The notes: generated by a model from the letters alone, not told the origin. A stretch of DNA of 64,000 nt from Vicugna vicugna (GCA_013265495.1 MU058531.1:3844911-3908910), one strand, 5' to 3'. Positions 38,458 to 50,314 are shown, counted from the stretch's first letter. A program made the numbers and translations.

Positions 38458-40470
38458 TTTTTTTTAACATTTTTTATTGATTTATAATCATTTTACAATG
38501 TTGTGTCAAATTCCAGTGTTCAGCACAATTTTTCAGTCATTCATGGACATATACACACTCATTGTCACATTTTTTTCTCTGTGAGTTATCATAACATTTT
38601 CTGTATATTTCCCTGTGCTATACAGTGTAATCTTGTTTATCTGTTCTACAATTTTGAAATCCCAGTCTATCCCTTCCCACCCTCCACCCCCCTGGTAACC
38701 ACAAGTCTGTATTCTCTGTCTGTGAGTCTATTTCTGTCCTGTATTTATGCTTTGTTTTTGTTTGTTTGTTTGTTTTTGTTTTTTAGATTCCACATATGAG
38801 CGATCTCATATGGTATTTTTCTTTCTCTTTCTGGCTTACTTCACTTAGAATGACATTCTCTAGGAGCATCCATGTTGCTGCAAATGGCATTATGTTGTCG
38901 GTTTTTATGGCTGAGTAGTATTCCATTGTATAAATATACCACATCTTCTTTATCCAGTCACCTGTTGATGGACATTTAGGCTGTTTCCATGTTTTGGCTA
39001 TTGTAAATAGTGCTGCTATGAACATTGGGGTGCAGGTGTCATCCTGAAGTAGATTTCCTTCTGGGTACAAGCCCAGGAGTGGGATTCCTGGGTCATATGG
39101 TAAGTCTATTCCTAGTCTTTTGAGGAATCTCCACACTGTTTTCCATAGTGGCTGCACCAAACTGCATTCCCACCAGCAGTGTAGGAGGGTTCCCCTTTCT
39201 CCACAGCCTCTCCAGCATTTGTCATTTTTGGATTTTTGAATGACGGCCATTCTGACTGGTGTGAGGTGATACCTCATTGTAGTTTTGATTTGCATTTCTC
39301 TGATAATTAGTGATATTGAACATTTTTTCATGTGCTTTTTGATCATTTGTATGTCTTCCTTGGAGAATTGCTTGTTTAGGTCTTCTGCCCATTTTTGGAT
39401 TGGGTTGTTTATTTTTTTCTTATTGAGTCGTATGAGCTGCTTATATATTTTGGAGATCAAGCCTTTGTCGGTTTCACTTGCAAAAATTTTCTCCCATTCC
39501 GTAGGTTTTCTTCTTGTTTTATTTCTGGTTTCCTTTGCTCTGCAGAAGCTTGTAAGTTTCATTAGGTCCCATTTGTTTATTCTTGCTTTTATTTCTTCTA
39601 GGAGAAAATTTTTGAAATGTATGTCAGATAATGTTTTGCCTATGTTTTCCTCTAGGAGGTTTATTGTATCTTGTCTTATGTTTAAGTCTTTAATCCATTT
39701 TGAGTTGATTTTTGTATATGGTGTAAGGGTGTGTTCTAGCTTCATTGTTTTACATGCTGCTGTCCAGTTTTCCCAACACCATTTGCTGAAGAGACTGTCT
39801 TTATTCCATTGTATATTCTTGCCTCCTTTGTCGAAGATGAGTTGACCAAAAGTTTGTGGGTTCATTTCTGGGCTCTCTATTCTGTTCCATTGGTCTATAT
39901 GTCTGTTTTGGTACCAATACCATGCTGTCTTGATGACTGTAGCTCTATAGTATTGTCTGAAGTCTGGGAGAGTTATTCCTCCAGCCTCTTTCTTTCTCTT
40001 CAGTAATGCTTTGGCAATTCTAGGTCTTTGATGGTTCCATATAAATTTTATTATGATTTGTTCTAGTTCTGTGAAATATGTCCTGGGTAATTGGATAGGG
40101 ATTGCATTAAATCTGTAGATTGCCTTGGGCAGTGTGACCATTTTAACAATATTGATTCTTCCAATCCAAGAGCATGGAATATCTTTCCATTTTTTAAAGT
40201 CTTCTTTAATTTCCTTCATCAATGGTTTATAGTTTTCTGTGTATAATTCTTTCGCCTCCTTGGTTAGATTTATTCCCAGATATTTTATTACTTCGGGTGC
40301 TATTTTAAAGGGGATTGTTTCTTTACTTTCTTTTTCTGTTGATTTATCGTTAGTGTAAAGAAAGGCAACTGATTTTGGAACATTAATTTTGTAACCTGCT
40401 ACCTTGCTGAATTCTTCAATCAGCTCTAGTAGCTTTTGTGTGGACCTTTTAGGGTTTTCTATATATAGTA
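38458..40470 (-). mobile_element. Young 5'-truncated LINE-1 with an uninterrupted ORF2 C-terminal part (38783-40470)
   Basis: About 560 open codons from LYIENPK, through KYLGINLTK, to the CCHC region [18 protein letters not shown] and a natural stop. A 3'UTR with AATAAA and an A tail ends at 38458. Confidence 0.97.
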
Positions 40471-40477
40471 AAAAAAA

Positions 40478-41108
40478 TCTATTTTTATATATAGTGGCTA
40501 ACATTTGTAAATCTCAAACTCCCAAATTTATCCCTTCCCACTCGCTTCCCCCGGTAACCATAAGATTATTTACTTTGTGAGTCTGTTTCTGTTTTGTAGG
40601 TAAGTTCACAGTGTCCTTTTTTTCCTTTCTTTTTTTTTTTTTTAGATTCCACATATGAGTGATATCATATGGTTTTTTTCTTTCTATTTCTGGCTTACTT
40701 CATTTAGAATGACAATCTCTAGGTCCATCCATGTTGCTGCAAGTGGCAGTATTTTATTCTTTTTAATGGCTGAGTAGTATTCCATTGTATAAAATAAACC
40801 ACAACTTCTTTATCCATTCATCTGTCGAGGGACATTTATGTTGCTTCCATGTCTTAGCTATTGTATATAGTGCTGCTATGAACATTGGGGTGTATGTATA
40901 TTTTTGAATTCAAATTCCCTCCAGATAATATACCCAGAAGTGGGATTGCTGGATCATATGTTAAGCCTATTTTTAGTTTTTTGAGTAATGTCCATATTGT
41001 TTTCCATACTGGCTGCACCAAACTACATTCCCACCAGCAGTGTAGGAGGGTTCCCTTTGCTCTACATCCTCTCCAGCATTTATCATTCATGGACTTTTGA
41101 ATGATGGC
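40478..41108 (-). mobile_element. 5'-truncated LINE-1 (ORF2 end plus partial 3'UTR)
   Basis: Peptide [18 protein letters not shown] (40854-41090). Flanked by a repeat of tagccattat at 41109 and 38286. Confidence 0.9.
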
Positions 41109-41776
41109 TAGCCATTATCTTTTAATAACATTTAATGGAGTATAATTTGTAAAAGTACTGAATCACTAGGTTGTATACCAATTATATTGAAACCAATATA
41201 ATGTTGGCAATCAGCTATACATCAATAAAATAAAAGTTAATTAAAAAGAAAAATGTTAATTCACAACTCTAGCCAAACTGAAGTTTGCATTACTCTATGA
41301 CAATGTGAGCTTAATGTTGATGACCTCTTGCTCATTTGGACAGTAATAGGAATGCTGTTGATGTGAGATGTCACTGAACTGGGAGTTGGAAAAGTGGGAT
41401 TCTAACTCAAGGCCTTGTGCTAATGCAATGGGGAAATTTTATCTGTCACTCATTACTAATTAGAAAAGGATAGATTGGACTAACTGATCTCAGGGATTCC
41501 TCCAATTTTTAATTGTCTTTGACTCTTTCATCTATAAAAAGAAATAATCTTCAACAGGAGGAACATGGAGCAGAGTAAGGACACTCATTTCTCAAGGAAT
41601 AAAAGGGTTGTTCTAAGGAAAGTGATGGCATTTATTTCATCTAAAATAAGTTGGTCGCTTCTTTTAGAGTTTAGAGCTATGTTAGATAGCAAATTATTGC
41701 TTCTCTTTGCCCTAAGTAAAGGTTCCACTAACTCAAATTTAGTCTTGGACTAATTCAAGTTTGTAGGTTACAAAAC

Positions 41777-41928
41777 TAAAATTTTATGGCCCCGATTTTA
41801 ATTAACTGGTGCAGTAATTGTTAACTAAATCGATATATTTGGAAAGTCATTGATAACAATGAATATCAAAAATATTAAGGCAGTATACATTCAGTAAAAT
41901 GTGGTGACCCTGGTGAACTGAATTTTGC
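41777..41928 (+). promoter_or_regulatory. Degenerate homologue of the CYP2C upstream CAR/PXR (DR4) and GRE region, unit 2
   Basis: TAAAATtttaTGGCCC and TGAACTgaaTTTTGC lie in a block that resembles my recollection of the human CYP2C9 proximal CAR/PXR element and GRE. A paralogous block is at 56466-56704. Confidence 0.35.
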
Positions 41929-42456
41929 TTGGAAGGAAGCAACCATGGTTCAGGAGACATGAGTCCCACTTTATCTCAACCACCTGCGGATACTGTGTTC
42001 TTGGTACAAGTACTGAATCTCCAAGGCCCAGTTTTCTCAAATTTAAAATGGTAATAATTTTACTTTATGCAAAGGTAATTGAGAAAATCAAAAAAAAAAA
42101 GATACCATAGGTGTGAAAATTCTCTGTTGCATGAGAAATAAAACATTTTGTAGTTAGATTTTGACAATAACTTGTGTTTTCCATATAAAGAGCTTAGAAA
42201 TAGCTTCACTAATCAATTTAGAACAAATGGGATGATATCTTTGTGGAACAAATCATGCTTTGTTAAGCACTGTCTTTGTGATGTATATCATTTCAGTGAT
42301 AATTTAGATCCTCATGACCACTAAATATTATCTCCTGTTCAGGCCTGCTTGTTGTGGTAGTTCTGTTCTCTGTGTTTGTTTAATGATGTCTCTGACTCCC
42401 ATGCTCCACTGAATCCATACCTATTGTTCTGTGTAACAATCTCCCTTCTTTGCTGT

Positions 42457-42883
42457 TGATAACACATTGAAATTAGCATGGGCCAATGACAGTTCAGGCT
42501 TACAGAAATGGAGTTGGGCAGTCATTGAGGATCTAGTCTTAGGCTCATCTCTGTACCACTAAGAACTTGGACTCTCTTTGATCTGTACCAGACCCAAGGA
42601 CACCACCAGCCATATTCAGAACACCTGCCAGGTGAGCTTAAGCAACCGTTTTGGACCCCAGCCAATTCTTACATAACAGAAACACTTGCCTGATCCAGTT
42701 ATAATTCTTGACAGTTTATGTGATTTTGCAGATTTTGCTTTTATAAGTCTTCAACATTTTGTAGTCCAGAGGAACACGATTCAGGTGCTTGAATGTGTGT
42801 CTCTTGGGCTTCTGTCCTAACAAACTCTGAATGAATACCTTTTAAATCAATCAGGTCTGCATTTACTAAAATTTTGGTTAACA
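42457..42883 (+). mobile_element. Solo ERV LTR (ERV1-like) upstream of unit 2
   Basis: TGATAAC...GTTAACA termini with a 4-bp TSD CTGT (42453-42456 and 42884-42887). Absent from the paralogous site at ~57235. Confidence 0.8.
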
Positions 42884-43493
42884 CTGTGCATGTTTCATTC
42901 GATTATTTCTGACAAACTCCAAAAGGCAACAGAAGCAGTTGTGTCTGGAGGCAAACAGGAGGCTTGAGCCATAGTTACTCAAGCCTTCCCCACTAAATTC
43001 TTGAGATCTGCTCTTCCCTTAGTTACCTGAACAAGTTTTACTCTTTTGGTGTTGAAGAGGGGAGAATCCCCATTTTTCATTTCTTCTCTTAAGAATCTAT
43101 AACCCTTTTTCCCTTGGTGTCCAGGGACATCCATTTAATATGAAGCCTGTTATTTTGTGAACAGTCAGGTGTATATCCAGAGTAACATTTTCAGAGGGTT
43201 GGTTTTGTTTTGCTAAAATTGTTCTTGAGGCAGCTGTGGTATAAGTGAGTGCATCACATTGGGCATCAGAAGATCTCAGTTTAAATCCTAGTGTTTTTGT
43301 TTATGAGCCATGTTCTCCTGTTCACCTAGAATCTCCCTTTCACCCATTTGAAAAATACAAAATTACAATCTCTACTTCCCAATGTTTGTATTGGTGAGAG
43401 GAGAGAAGAGATTTCAAGGTAAAAGCCATGTAAATGTATTTAGATAACCACTTTATATGTCTTCAGTTATTCAAGATGTTTGAATTATGTTAG

Positions 43494-44345
43494 TGTTAAC
43501 CAAGAATTCCAAGAATGGAGACTTGGTTGAAATCAAAGAGGTAATTATTTGGAGTTAGGGCTGCAGCTCAAGGAGACACATATGCAAGAAGCAATGTTTG
43601 TGTTCTTCCAGACTAAAAAAAATGAGGAGGTTTATAAAGGCAGAACTCACAAAGGTACATAAATTTTTGTCAGGAATTAGGGGTGGATATTTTTTAATAA
43701 CTGTAGATGGAAAATAACCTTTAAAATTGTATAAAAATAAAAAAAATTAAAAATTAAGGATCTTGACAGTAATAAATCATTCCTGGATTATCTGGTAGGC
43801 CCAGTGTGATCACAAGAGTCCTTATAAGAGGAAGTCAAGTGGATCATAGATATTTGAAGATGCTCTTCTCCTGTCCTTGAAGATGGAGCAAGTGGTCATG
43901 AGCTAAGGAATGCAGATGGCCTCTAGAAATTGGACATGACAAGGAAATGGATTATCCCCTGGTGCCTCCAGGAGAAACACAGCCCTGTTGACCCCTTAAG
44001 ATTTCTGACCTCCAGAACTGTAAGATAATAAATTAGTGTTGTTTTAAGCAAAAAAAAAAAAAGGATTACAGATGGCAAGACCTAAGGTTCTTATTCAGTA
44101 ATATTGATTGGTGTTCAAAATGATTGCATAGTTGGTAAGGGTAGGGGGAACCTTGAAAGTACAAGATCACAACTAGCAGCTAATAGCATATGTTGTTTTC
44201 AGAACAGCAGGTGGAATCCTTGAGTTGTACACTGTTCAGAATCCAACTACTCAGTGATGTGGGAACATTTCTGAAACTACATTCACAATGACCACCTGGC
44301 TTCATTTGGATCCCTGAACCGTAGTTACTCCATTTTGATTTTTAA
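43494..44345 (-). mobile_element. ERV LTR-like element interrupted by an L1-tail + MLT1 + poly(A) insert (43687-44062)
   Basis: Starts TGTTAACCAAG, the reverse complement of the end of the 42457 LTR. Not present in the unit 3 promoter. Right boundary approximate. Confidence 0.55.
43752..44049 (+). mobile_element. MLT1-like MaLR fragment
   Basis: ggattatctggtaggcccagtgtgatcacaagagtccttataagagg...ttctgacctccagaactgtaagataataaa. Confidence 0.85.
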
Positions 44346-44601
44346 CCCATCTTAAACATGTTATCATTAACTATTTTTTGTATAGGTAATTATAATATTA
44401 GTACAGTACATTAAAATACTTTAAAATTCCTCTTTTTTCAAGGTCAAAGCATTCTAGTATTAGATATAGCACTAAAAGAAACTTTTTTTTAAATAAAAAA
44501 AGTATAGAATATAATGATTGTCCTCAAAGTGATTCATTCCCAACTGGTCACTGATTTGAATATAGAGTTATGAGGCTTTTTTGTCATCAAATTATTTATT
44601 T

Positions 44602-44700
44602 CAGTGATTCTCAATCTTGGCTGTACAGTGGAACAACTTTTCAGAAAAATTATCAATACCTGGACCCCAACCTATTATAATTAAACCAGAACCTCCAGAT
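44602..44700 (+). mobile_element. MER5-like hAT relic in the proximal promoter (paralog at 57786-57895)
   Basis: cagtgattctcaatcttggctgtaca...ttaaaccagaacctcc. Confidence 0.55.
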
Positions 44701-44751
44701 TTGTCATTGGACACAGAGAAAACAAGACTAAAAGAGTTTATTTTTATCACT

Positions 44752-44764
44752 GGGGCAAAGTCCA
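44752..44764 (+). promoter_or_regulatory. HNF4alpha-type DR1 site of the unit 2 promoter
   Basis: GGGGCAaAGTCCA contains the HNF4 core CAAAGTCCA, about 140 bp upstream of the ATG, where CYP2C genes carry their HNF4/HPF-1 site. Confidence 0.75.
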
Positions 44765-44899
44765 CACAGAATAGTATACAAAGTGATGTAACTGATTGGT
44801 CTCTTTGTACCTCAGAGAGGCACAAGTTGAATTAGCAGGGACTGTAATAACAGCTTTAGATTTCAGGCTCACGGGTCATAGTAAGAAGATAAAGCATTC

Positions 44900-45067
44900 A
44901 TGGATTCAGTTGTGGTCCTGGTGCTTTTTTTTCTCCTGTTTGCTTCTCCTTTCACTCTGGAAACAGAGATCTCAGAAAGGGAAGCGCCCATCTGGCCTCA
45001 ATTCTCTCCCAATTCTTGGAAATATCCTACAGTTAGATGTTAAGAACACAGCAAATCCTTAAGCAAC
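44900..45067 (+). pseudogene. CYP2C: Unit 2 exon 1 (168 bp; +1 and -1 indels; donor GT>AT)
   Basis: ATGGATTCAGTTGTGGTCCTGGTG...; the shifted frame reads [38 protein letters not shown]. Ends AGCAAC|ataagt. The ATG frame stops at TAA 45041. Confidence 0.92.
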
Positions 45068-45265
45068 ATAAGTAGGTTTTATGATCCTCTGGTGTCTTGC
45101 ACCGGGTAAGTAAATTAAGTCCAGTTTAAAAAATAATGTATATTGCTGTGGGCATGGTTAAAATAGGTCAGATTACATCTGTAAATTTTGATATTTTTCA
45201 TGCTTTTTAGCTCTGACATTGTCATAAATAGAGATACAAAATCAGTCTGACTTACTGCTTGTCTG

Positions 45266-45476
45266 CTAAGGTCCAGGAAGAGATTGACCATGTGATTAGC
45301 AGACACCGGAGCCCCTGCATGCAGAACAGGAGCCACATGCCCTACACGGATACTGCTGTGCACGAGATCCAGAGATACACTGACCTCGTCCCCACCAACC
45401 TGCCCCATGTGGTGACCTGAGATGTTAATTTCAAACAACAACAACAACAACAAAACAAAACTACCTCATCCCCAAG
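45266..45476 (+). pseudogene. CYP2C: Unit 2 exon 7 (acceptor AG>TG, TGA at 45418, 23-bp AAC-repeat insertion)
   Basis: gtctg|CTAAGGTCCAGGAAGAG...CCCAAG|gtaaga; translates [50 protein letters not shown]. Confidence 0.93.
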
Positions 45477-46957
45477 GTAAGATTAGTTTCTCTTATACTG
45501 ACCTCAGTGGACTTGAAGTTCCCCTTTTCACAGTATGGGTGCAGTCCTCTGGGAACATGAGATGGAGAAATGAAAAAAAAAAAAAGTCATGGATGTGGTG
45601 CCTAGATGAGCTGTACGTTGTTTCCAGTTTGGTCTATAAAGCTTTATAGCAGGTTTGAGAACTGGCAGTGTAAGTCCTTCAGATTTCTTCTGCTTCTTTA
45701 ATATTGTTTGGCTAATAGCTATTTATGTTTCCAAACAAATGTTAATATCAATTTGCCATTTTTCCAAAACACTCTACTGGGATTTTTATCAGAGTGACAT
45801 TAGATCTGTTAGAAAAGACTTAACTAAATGGCACGTTGACTCTTTCAATTAGTGAATGTGATAAAGCCCACATTTTGAAGGACTTTTATTTTTCTAAGTC
45901 ATGTTCTATTTTTTTGGTGATTTGGTTTGAAAATCTTTCATTTAGTTTTACATAGGTGCTTGTTGTTATACGTATTTTTAAATGCCTTTTCCATTCTTTT
46001 ATCTAGAGTATGGAAATATAATTTTTATGATTTGATGACTTTATACGTAGCAACTTGGCCAAATTTAAAATAATTGCCAAAATTTTGTCTTTATGTTAAT
46101 TGCAATTTCTATATACATTGTCCTGCTATCTATGTTAATATCTTTATTTCATCCTTGTTTCATTTCTGATCTGCAGGAGAGTGGAGATTAACATCTCGCT
46201 ATTGAGAATAATGTTGTATGTACTTTTTTAAAGATACTTTTAAAAATCAGATTAGGGAAGTTTACCCACTCATTTTTGATGATTTTTTTTGGTCATAAAC
46301 ATGTATAGGTTTTTCATATCCATGTCTGCATCTTCTGTTATGGTTATATATATTGGCCTCACTTTTCTCACTAAAATACATATTATAAGTCTATGCACAC
46401 AGCTGGATTTTATTTGCTACATTTGTTCAGGACTTCTCTGTTTATATCATTGTAGATTTTTGGTTTGTAATTTTTCTTCCTCAGAATTTCCTTGTCATAC
46501 TTCTGTTATCAAGGTAATGCTAGCATCATAAAATTAGGGAGAAATGTTCCATCATGTGGGTGTATTTTTATTGTCTTCCTCTCTCTTACTTGTGGCCCCT
46601 TAATTGTGTCTTTGAAATGACTAATTACTTTTGATTAAATATCAATTATTATAAATGAAAAAATGATGAGTTTCAGGTGATGTTTTTCTTCTTCCAGAAA
46701 GAGTTCATCCATCTCCTACTAAGCAGTCAGAATGATGTAATACCTCCTGTTTTGAATAAAATTTGGACATTGACACAGACTAAAATTAACGTTAGTTGTT
46801 AGCTTACCTCTCTGAGTCTCTCCCAGCTATGCACTTTGAGAAAAATTTTTGTTTTAGCAGATTTCTAATGCTTTCTAACACACAATATCTGTATAGATTC
46901 AGCCTGACTCTCTAGTTGGTGTGCTGCAAGCTACTGTCATCCACTTGAAGCTAAGAC

Positions 46958-47606
46958 ATATTACTATTAAAATTAGAAAATAATATAATCAAAATTTGTT
47001 TTTGTTGAGGAAAGTAACTAATGATATTGGTAGTTTCAAATACTGATGCGAATCTTTGGAGAAGACAGAATTGATGATCATAACTCAGAGGTTATGGGTC
47101 CTGTCTCAATGATTACTGATTTCGTATGGAGGTTCAGACTTCAAGTCCACTATTTTTTTGCCAAATGACTCAATAAGAAAAAGACTTTTTAAAACATGTA
47201 TATTTGAGAATGTATATATGACAATATAATGATCAATATTCCTGATACAGTGGATGTGAGAGATGAGCAATCCCATTCTGATTCCTAGTGTATTGTTTCC
47301 CATTTACTTAGAAATAAGAGGAGAAACAAGTTTGATTAATTATTACCTTAGGCCCCACTATTTTTAAAAGAAAAATCTTTTTCTAATTTTGTCCTTTTGC
47401 AAAAAAATAGTGGACTTGAAGTCCTAACTCTTGTACGAAATTGGTAATCACTGAGACAAGTCCTACAACCTCTTAGTAAAGTCATCAGTTTTGTCTTCTC
47501 CAAAGATTGGCATTAGTACTTACAACCTTACCAATCTCGTTATTTACTTTCCTCAGCAAAATACAAATTTTAGTTATATTATTTTCTAATTTTAATAGTT
47601 ATATTA
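46958..47606. repeat. Long imperfect inverted repeat (arms ~46958-47195 and ~47361-47606)
   Basis: For example gacttcaagtccactatttttttgc vs gcaaaaaaatagtggacttgaagtc, and actattaaaattagaaaataatataa vs ttatattattttctaattttaatagt. Confidence 0.92.
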
Positions 47607-47743
47607 AATTCCCTTTTGCACGGGCATCCAGTGTAGAAATACGAATTTTGGGTGGCTGATTCTATGTTTTTACCAATCAGATAATTACTTTCTTTTATCT
47701 AAGGACAGAAGCCACTGAGCTAGGTGGAGATAATGGTCTAAAA

Positions 47744-48055
47744 CAGAAGTTGGTAAACTTTTTCTGTAATGAGCCAGAGTGTAAATATTTCAGACTTTGA
47801 AGCCTTGAAGTGTCTGATTCCAGTGTTCACTTCTGCTTTTGTAGCATGGAAACAGTCATAGGACATACTTAAACAAATGAGAATAGATATATCCCAGTCT
47901 TTATGGAAGCTGAAATTTAAATTTCATACGATTTTCATGTGTCACAAAATGTTATTCTTCCTCGATTTTTTCAATTAAAAATTCTTAGCTCATTTTTTAA
48001 TACAAGTAAAGGTGGTAGGCTGTATTTGCACATGGGTTGTTACTTGTCAATATCT
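47744..48055 (+). mobile_element. MER58-like hAT-Charlie element
   Basis: cagaagttggtaaactttttctgtaatgagccagag...gaaatttaaatttcatacgattttcatgtgtcacaaaatg. Confidence 0.7.
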
Positions 48056-48543
48056 AAGGCTGTCTAATGAAACCCTTTGCAATGCTGTGAGATTGATTTG
48101 TGGGTTTTAAAACTTTTGTTTTTGTTTATCTGAAGAACATTTCCCAGCACAGTCCCAAAGATTTACTCTTGTTTATTTCTAAAATCTTAGTGTTTACATT
48201 TAGATCGTTTATCCATTCAGACAATTTTTACTTATGATGGGAAGTAATGATTATATTTCCTTTATTTCCTTATCAACATCCAGTTATTGGAGTAACATTT
48301 TATGGAAGTATATTGGCTTTTGTACCTTTTTTTTCTGTCTTAATGAAAGATCTTCATATATTACTTGTGTAAAAGTATACAACGGAATAATTAAAAAAAA
48401 AAGAGTTATAGACCTTTTATATGATAAACAGGGGATGGAGGTTTTCCCCATGTTGGCATTAAATTTTTTTTAAACTTAAAAACACTAAAGACGTATGCAA
48501 ATGTAAGTAATATATGAATTTGTTTACATGTCCACTTTTGCAT

Positions 48544-49041
48544 TGTTGATGGAAAAATTGATAAGCAATTTATAAAAGGAATATAAAATAGTTTTATTTG
48601 ATCCAAACTGAAGAATGTAGCCCAGGAGACAGCCTCTCAGATAACTCTGAGGAACTGCTCTGGAGAAGCATGGTTTTCTGCACAGTTTCTTATCTTTTCA
48701 GAACAAAGAACATCAAACAAGTCAGGGATGCATTCCTTCAGAGTTTCAGGAAAAACACATCAGCATGTACACAGCAAGTCCGTATGGCCTTCGCATCTGC
48801 AAAGGGAGTCTTATTGTTGAAGGACCTCAAGCACTGGCATCCTTGGGAGGAAGGCTTTTGATTATTTTTTAACATGAACATTTTTTATTTCTGGTTAGTT
48901 CAGTGCACCTTTTTTTTTAATGATTAAACAGATCATAAGATACAAACAGGCTGTTTTAGTTAACATAAAATTAAGTTAAATTATGTATAAGCCAGATTGA
49001 CTTCCCCATTACTCAGTATGTGAAAACTTCTTCCATTAGTA
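48544..49041 (-). mobile_element. Solo ERV LTR in intron 7 of unit 2
   Basis: TGTTGATGGAA...TTCCATTAGTA imperfect inverted termini with near-TSD tgcat/tccat. Internal 'gacagcctctcagataactctgaggaactgctc' is LTR-like. Confidence 0.65.
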
Positions 49042-50314
49042 TCCATTTATCTGTCTATCCATCAGCACTTCCCTAGTTCAGTATGTTTATCTCAGTAACA
49101 ATGATTTGTGTGTACAGAGCATTAAATAGCATTTACATTCAGGAGTGACATTGATACAGTAATATTATCTAACATACAGTCTATATTTAAAATTTCCCAA
49201 TTTTCCTGGAATAACCTTGATAGCATTTCTTTGCAAATCAATGTCCACCCCAAAAACAAGCATATAATTTGGTTATCTTTTCCCTATAGTCTACTGTTAT
49301 CAGTTCTTTTTGCTCTGTTTTATTTTGGTACATTTAACTGTGAAGAGTTCAGTTTAGCAGTCATGTAAAATATTCCTTACGCTAGTGTTGTGTGATTGTT
49401 TTCTAGAGAGAGATTCCAGTTGTGATTTGGCAAGAGAACCTCATGGGTGCTTTGTGTGTCCCACTGAAATTCATTGGGGAGGCAGGGGGCACATAAGGTC
49501 ACTTATCCCATTATTGGTTATTCAGTGTTGTTCACATGATAAAGTAGTCTGCCCGAATTCCCCATGGTGGAAGTGCTTTTTTGGAAACATTTAACTAATA
49601 AAAATCAGTTGCATGGTACTTTAGTATAGTTCTTCTCAATCATTCACCCAACATTTTAAGCATTATTAGATAAAACTTGCTTAAACTAATGATCCTAAGC
49701 TGAATTACTGTAAAATGATTTGTCTAGTTTCATCATCCTTTCTGTGTTTCAAATTGAGCATTAATTTGTAATTAATTTACTTCGTATTTTTAAATTCAGA
49801 CAGACTTAATGGAAATGATAAACACTAATATTTGTTACTGTATTTATTGTTATATCACAGAAGAAGTTATTTTTCATTAGATCACATGTCTATTTAGAAT
49901 AGCACTATGAGCAGATAACTCCAGATATTTCAAGGTCTAATAGTGACTTCTATTTTAAACCATAAACTATGTATAAGATGAATGAAATTGAAGTGATAAA
50001 ATAAAACAGATGGTGGAAATGTACACCAGTGTCCAAATGTGATAAGCAGAATGAATTTATAAGGTCTGGCACCCTAGGACCCATGTACTCAGTACTTCAG
50101 ATGCTACTGACGTCCACGTTAGCAACATCTTGCCTCTAGTCTTAAACTTATCTTTGTGTATTAATTATTCTGTCAGACTCAAAATGGCCCTGTCCTTCTT
50201 TGGACCTAGGATTCCTCATCTATAGATCAGATCATAAGATTGGACTAAATGACTTCCAACATTTCTTCTAGCTACATGACTTCTTCATAATTTAGCATAT
50301 TTTTATCTTTCTAG

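Noticed and set aside
39285..39845. 186-aa hydrophobic ORF
   Set aside because: Antisense frame of L1 ORF2.
38783..40504. 573-aa ORF as a cellular gene
   Set aside because: It is truncated L1 ORF2. The first ~11 residues come from flanking DNA, and the EN domain and most of RT are missing.
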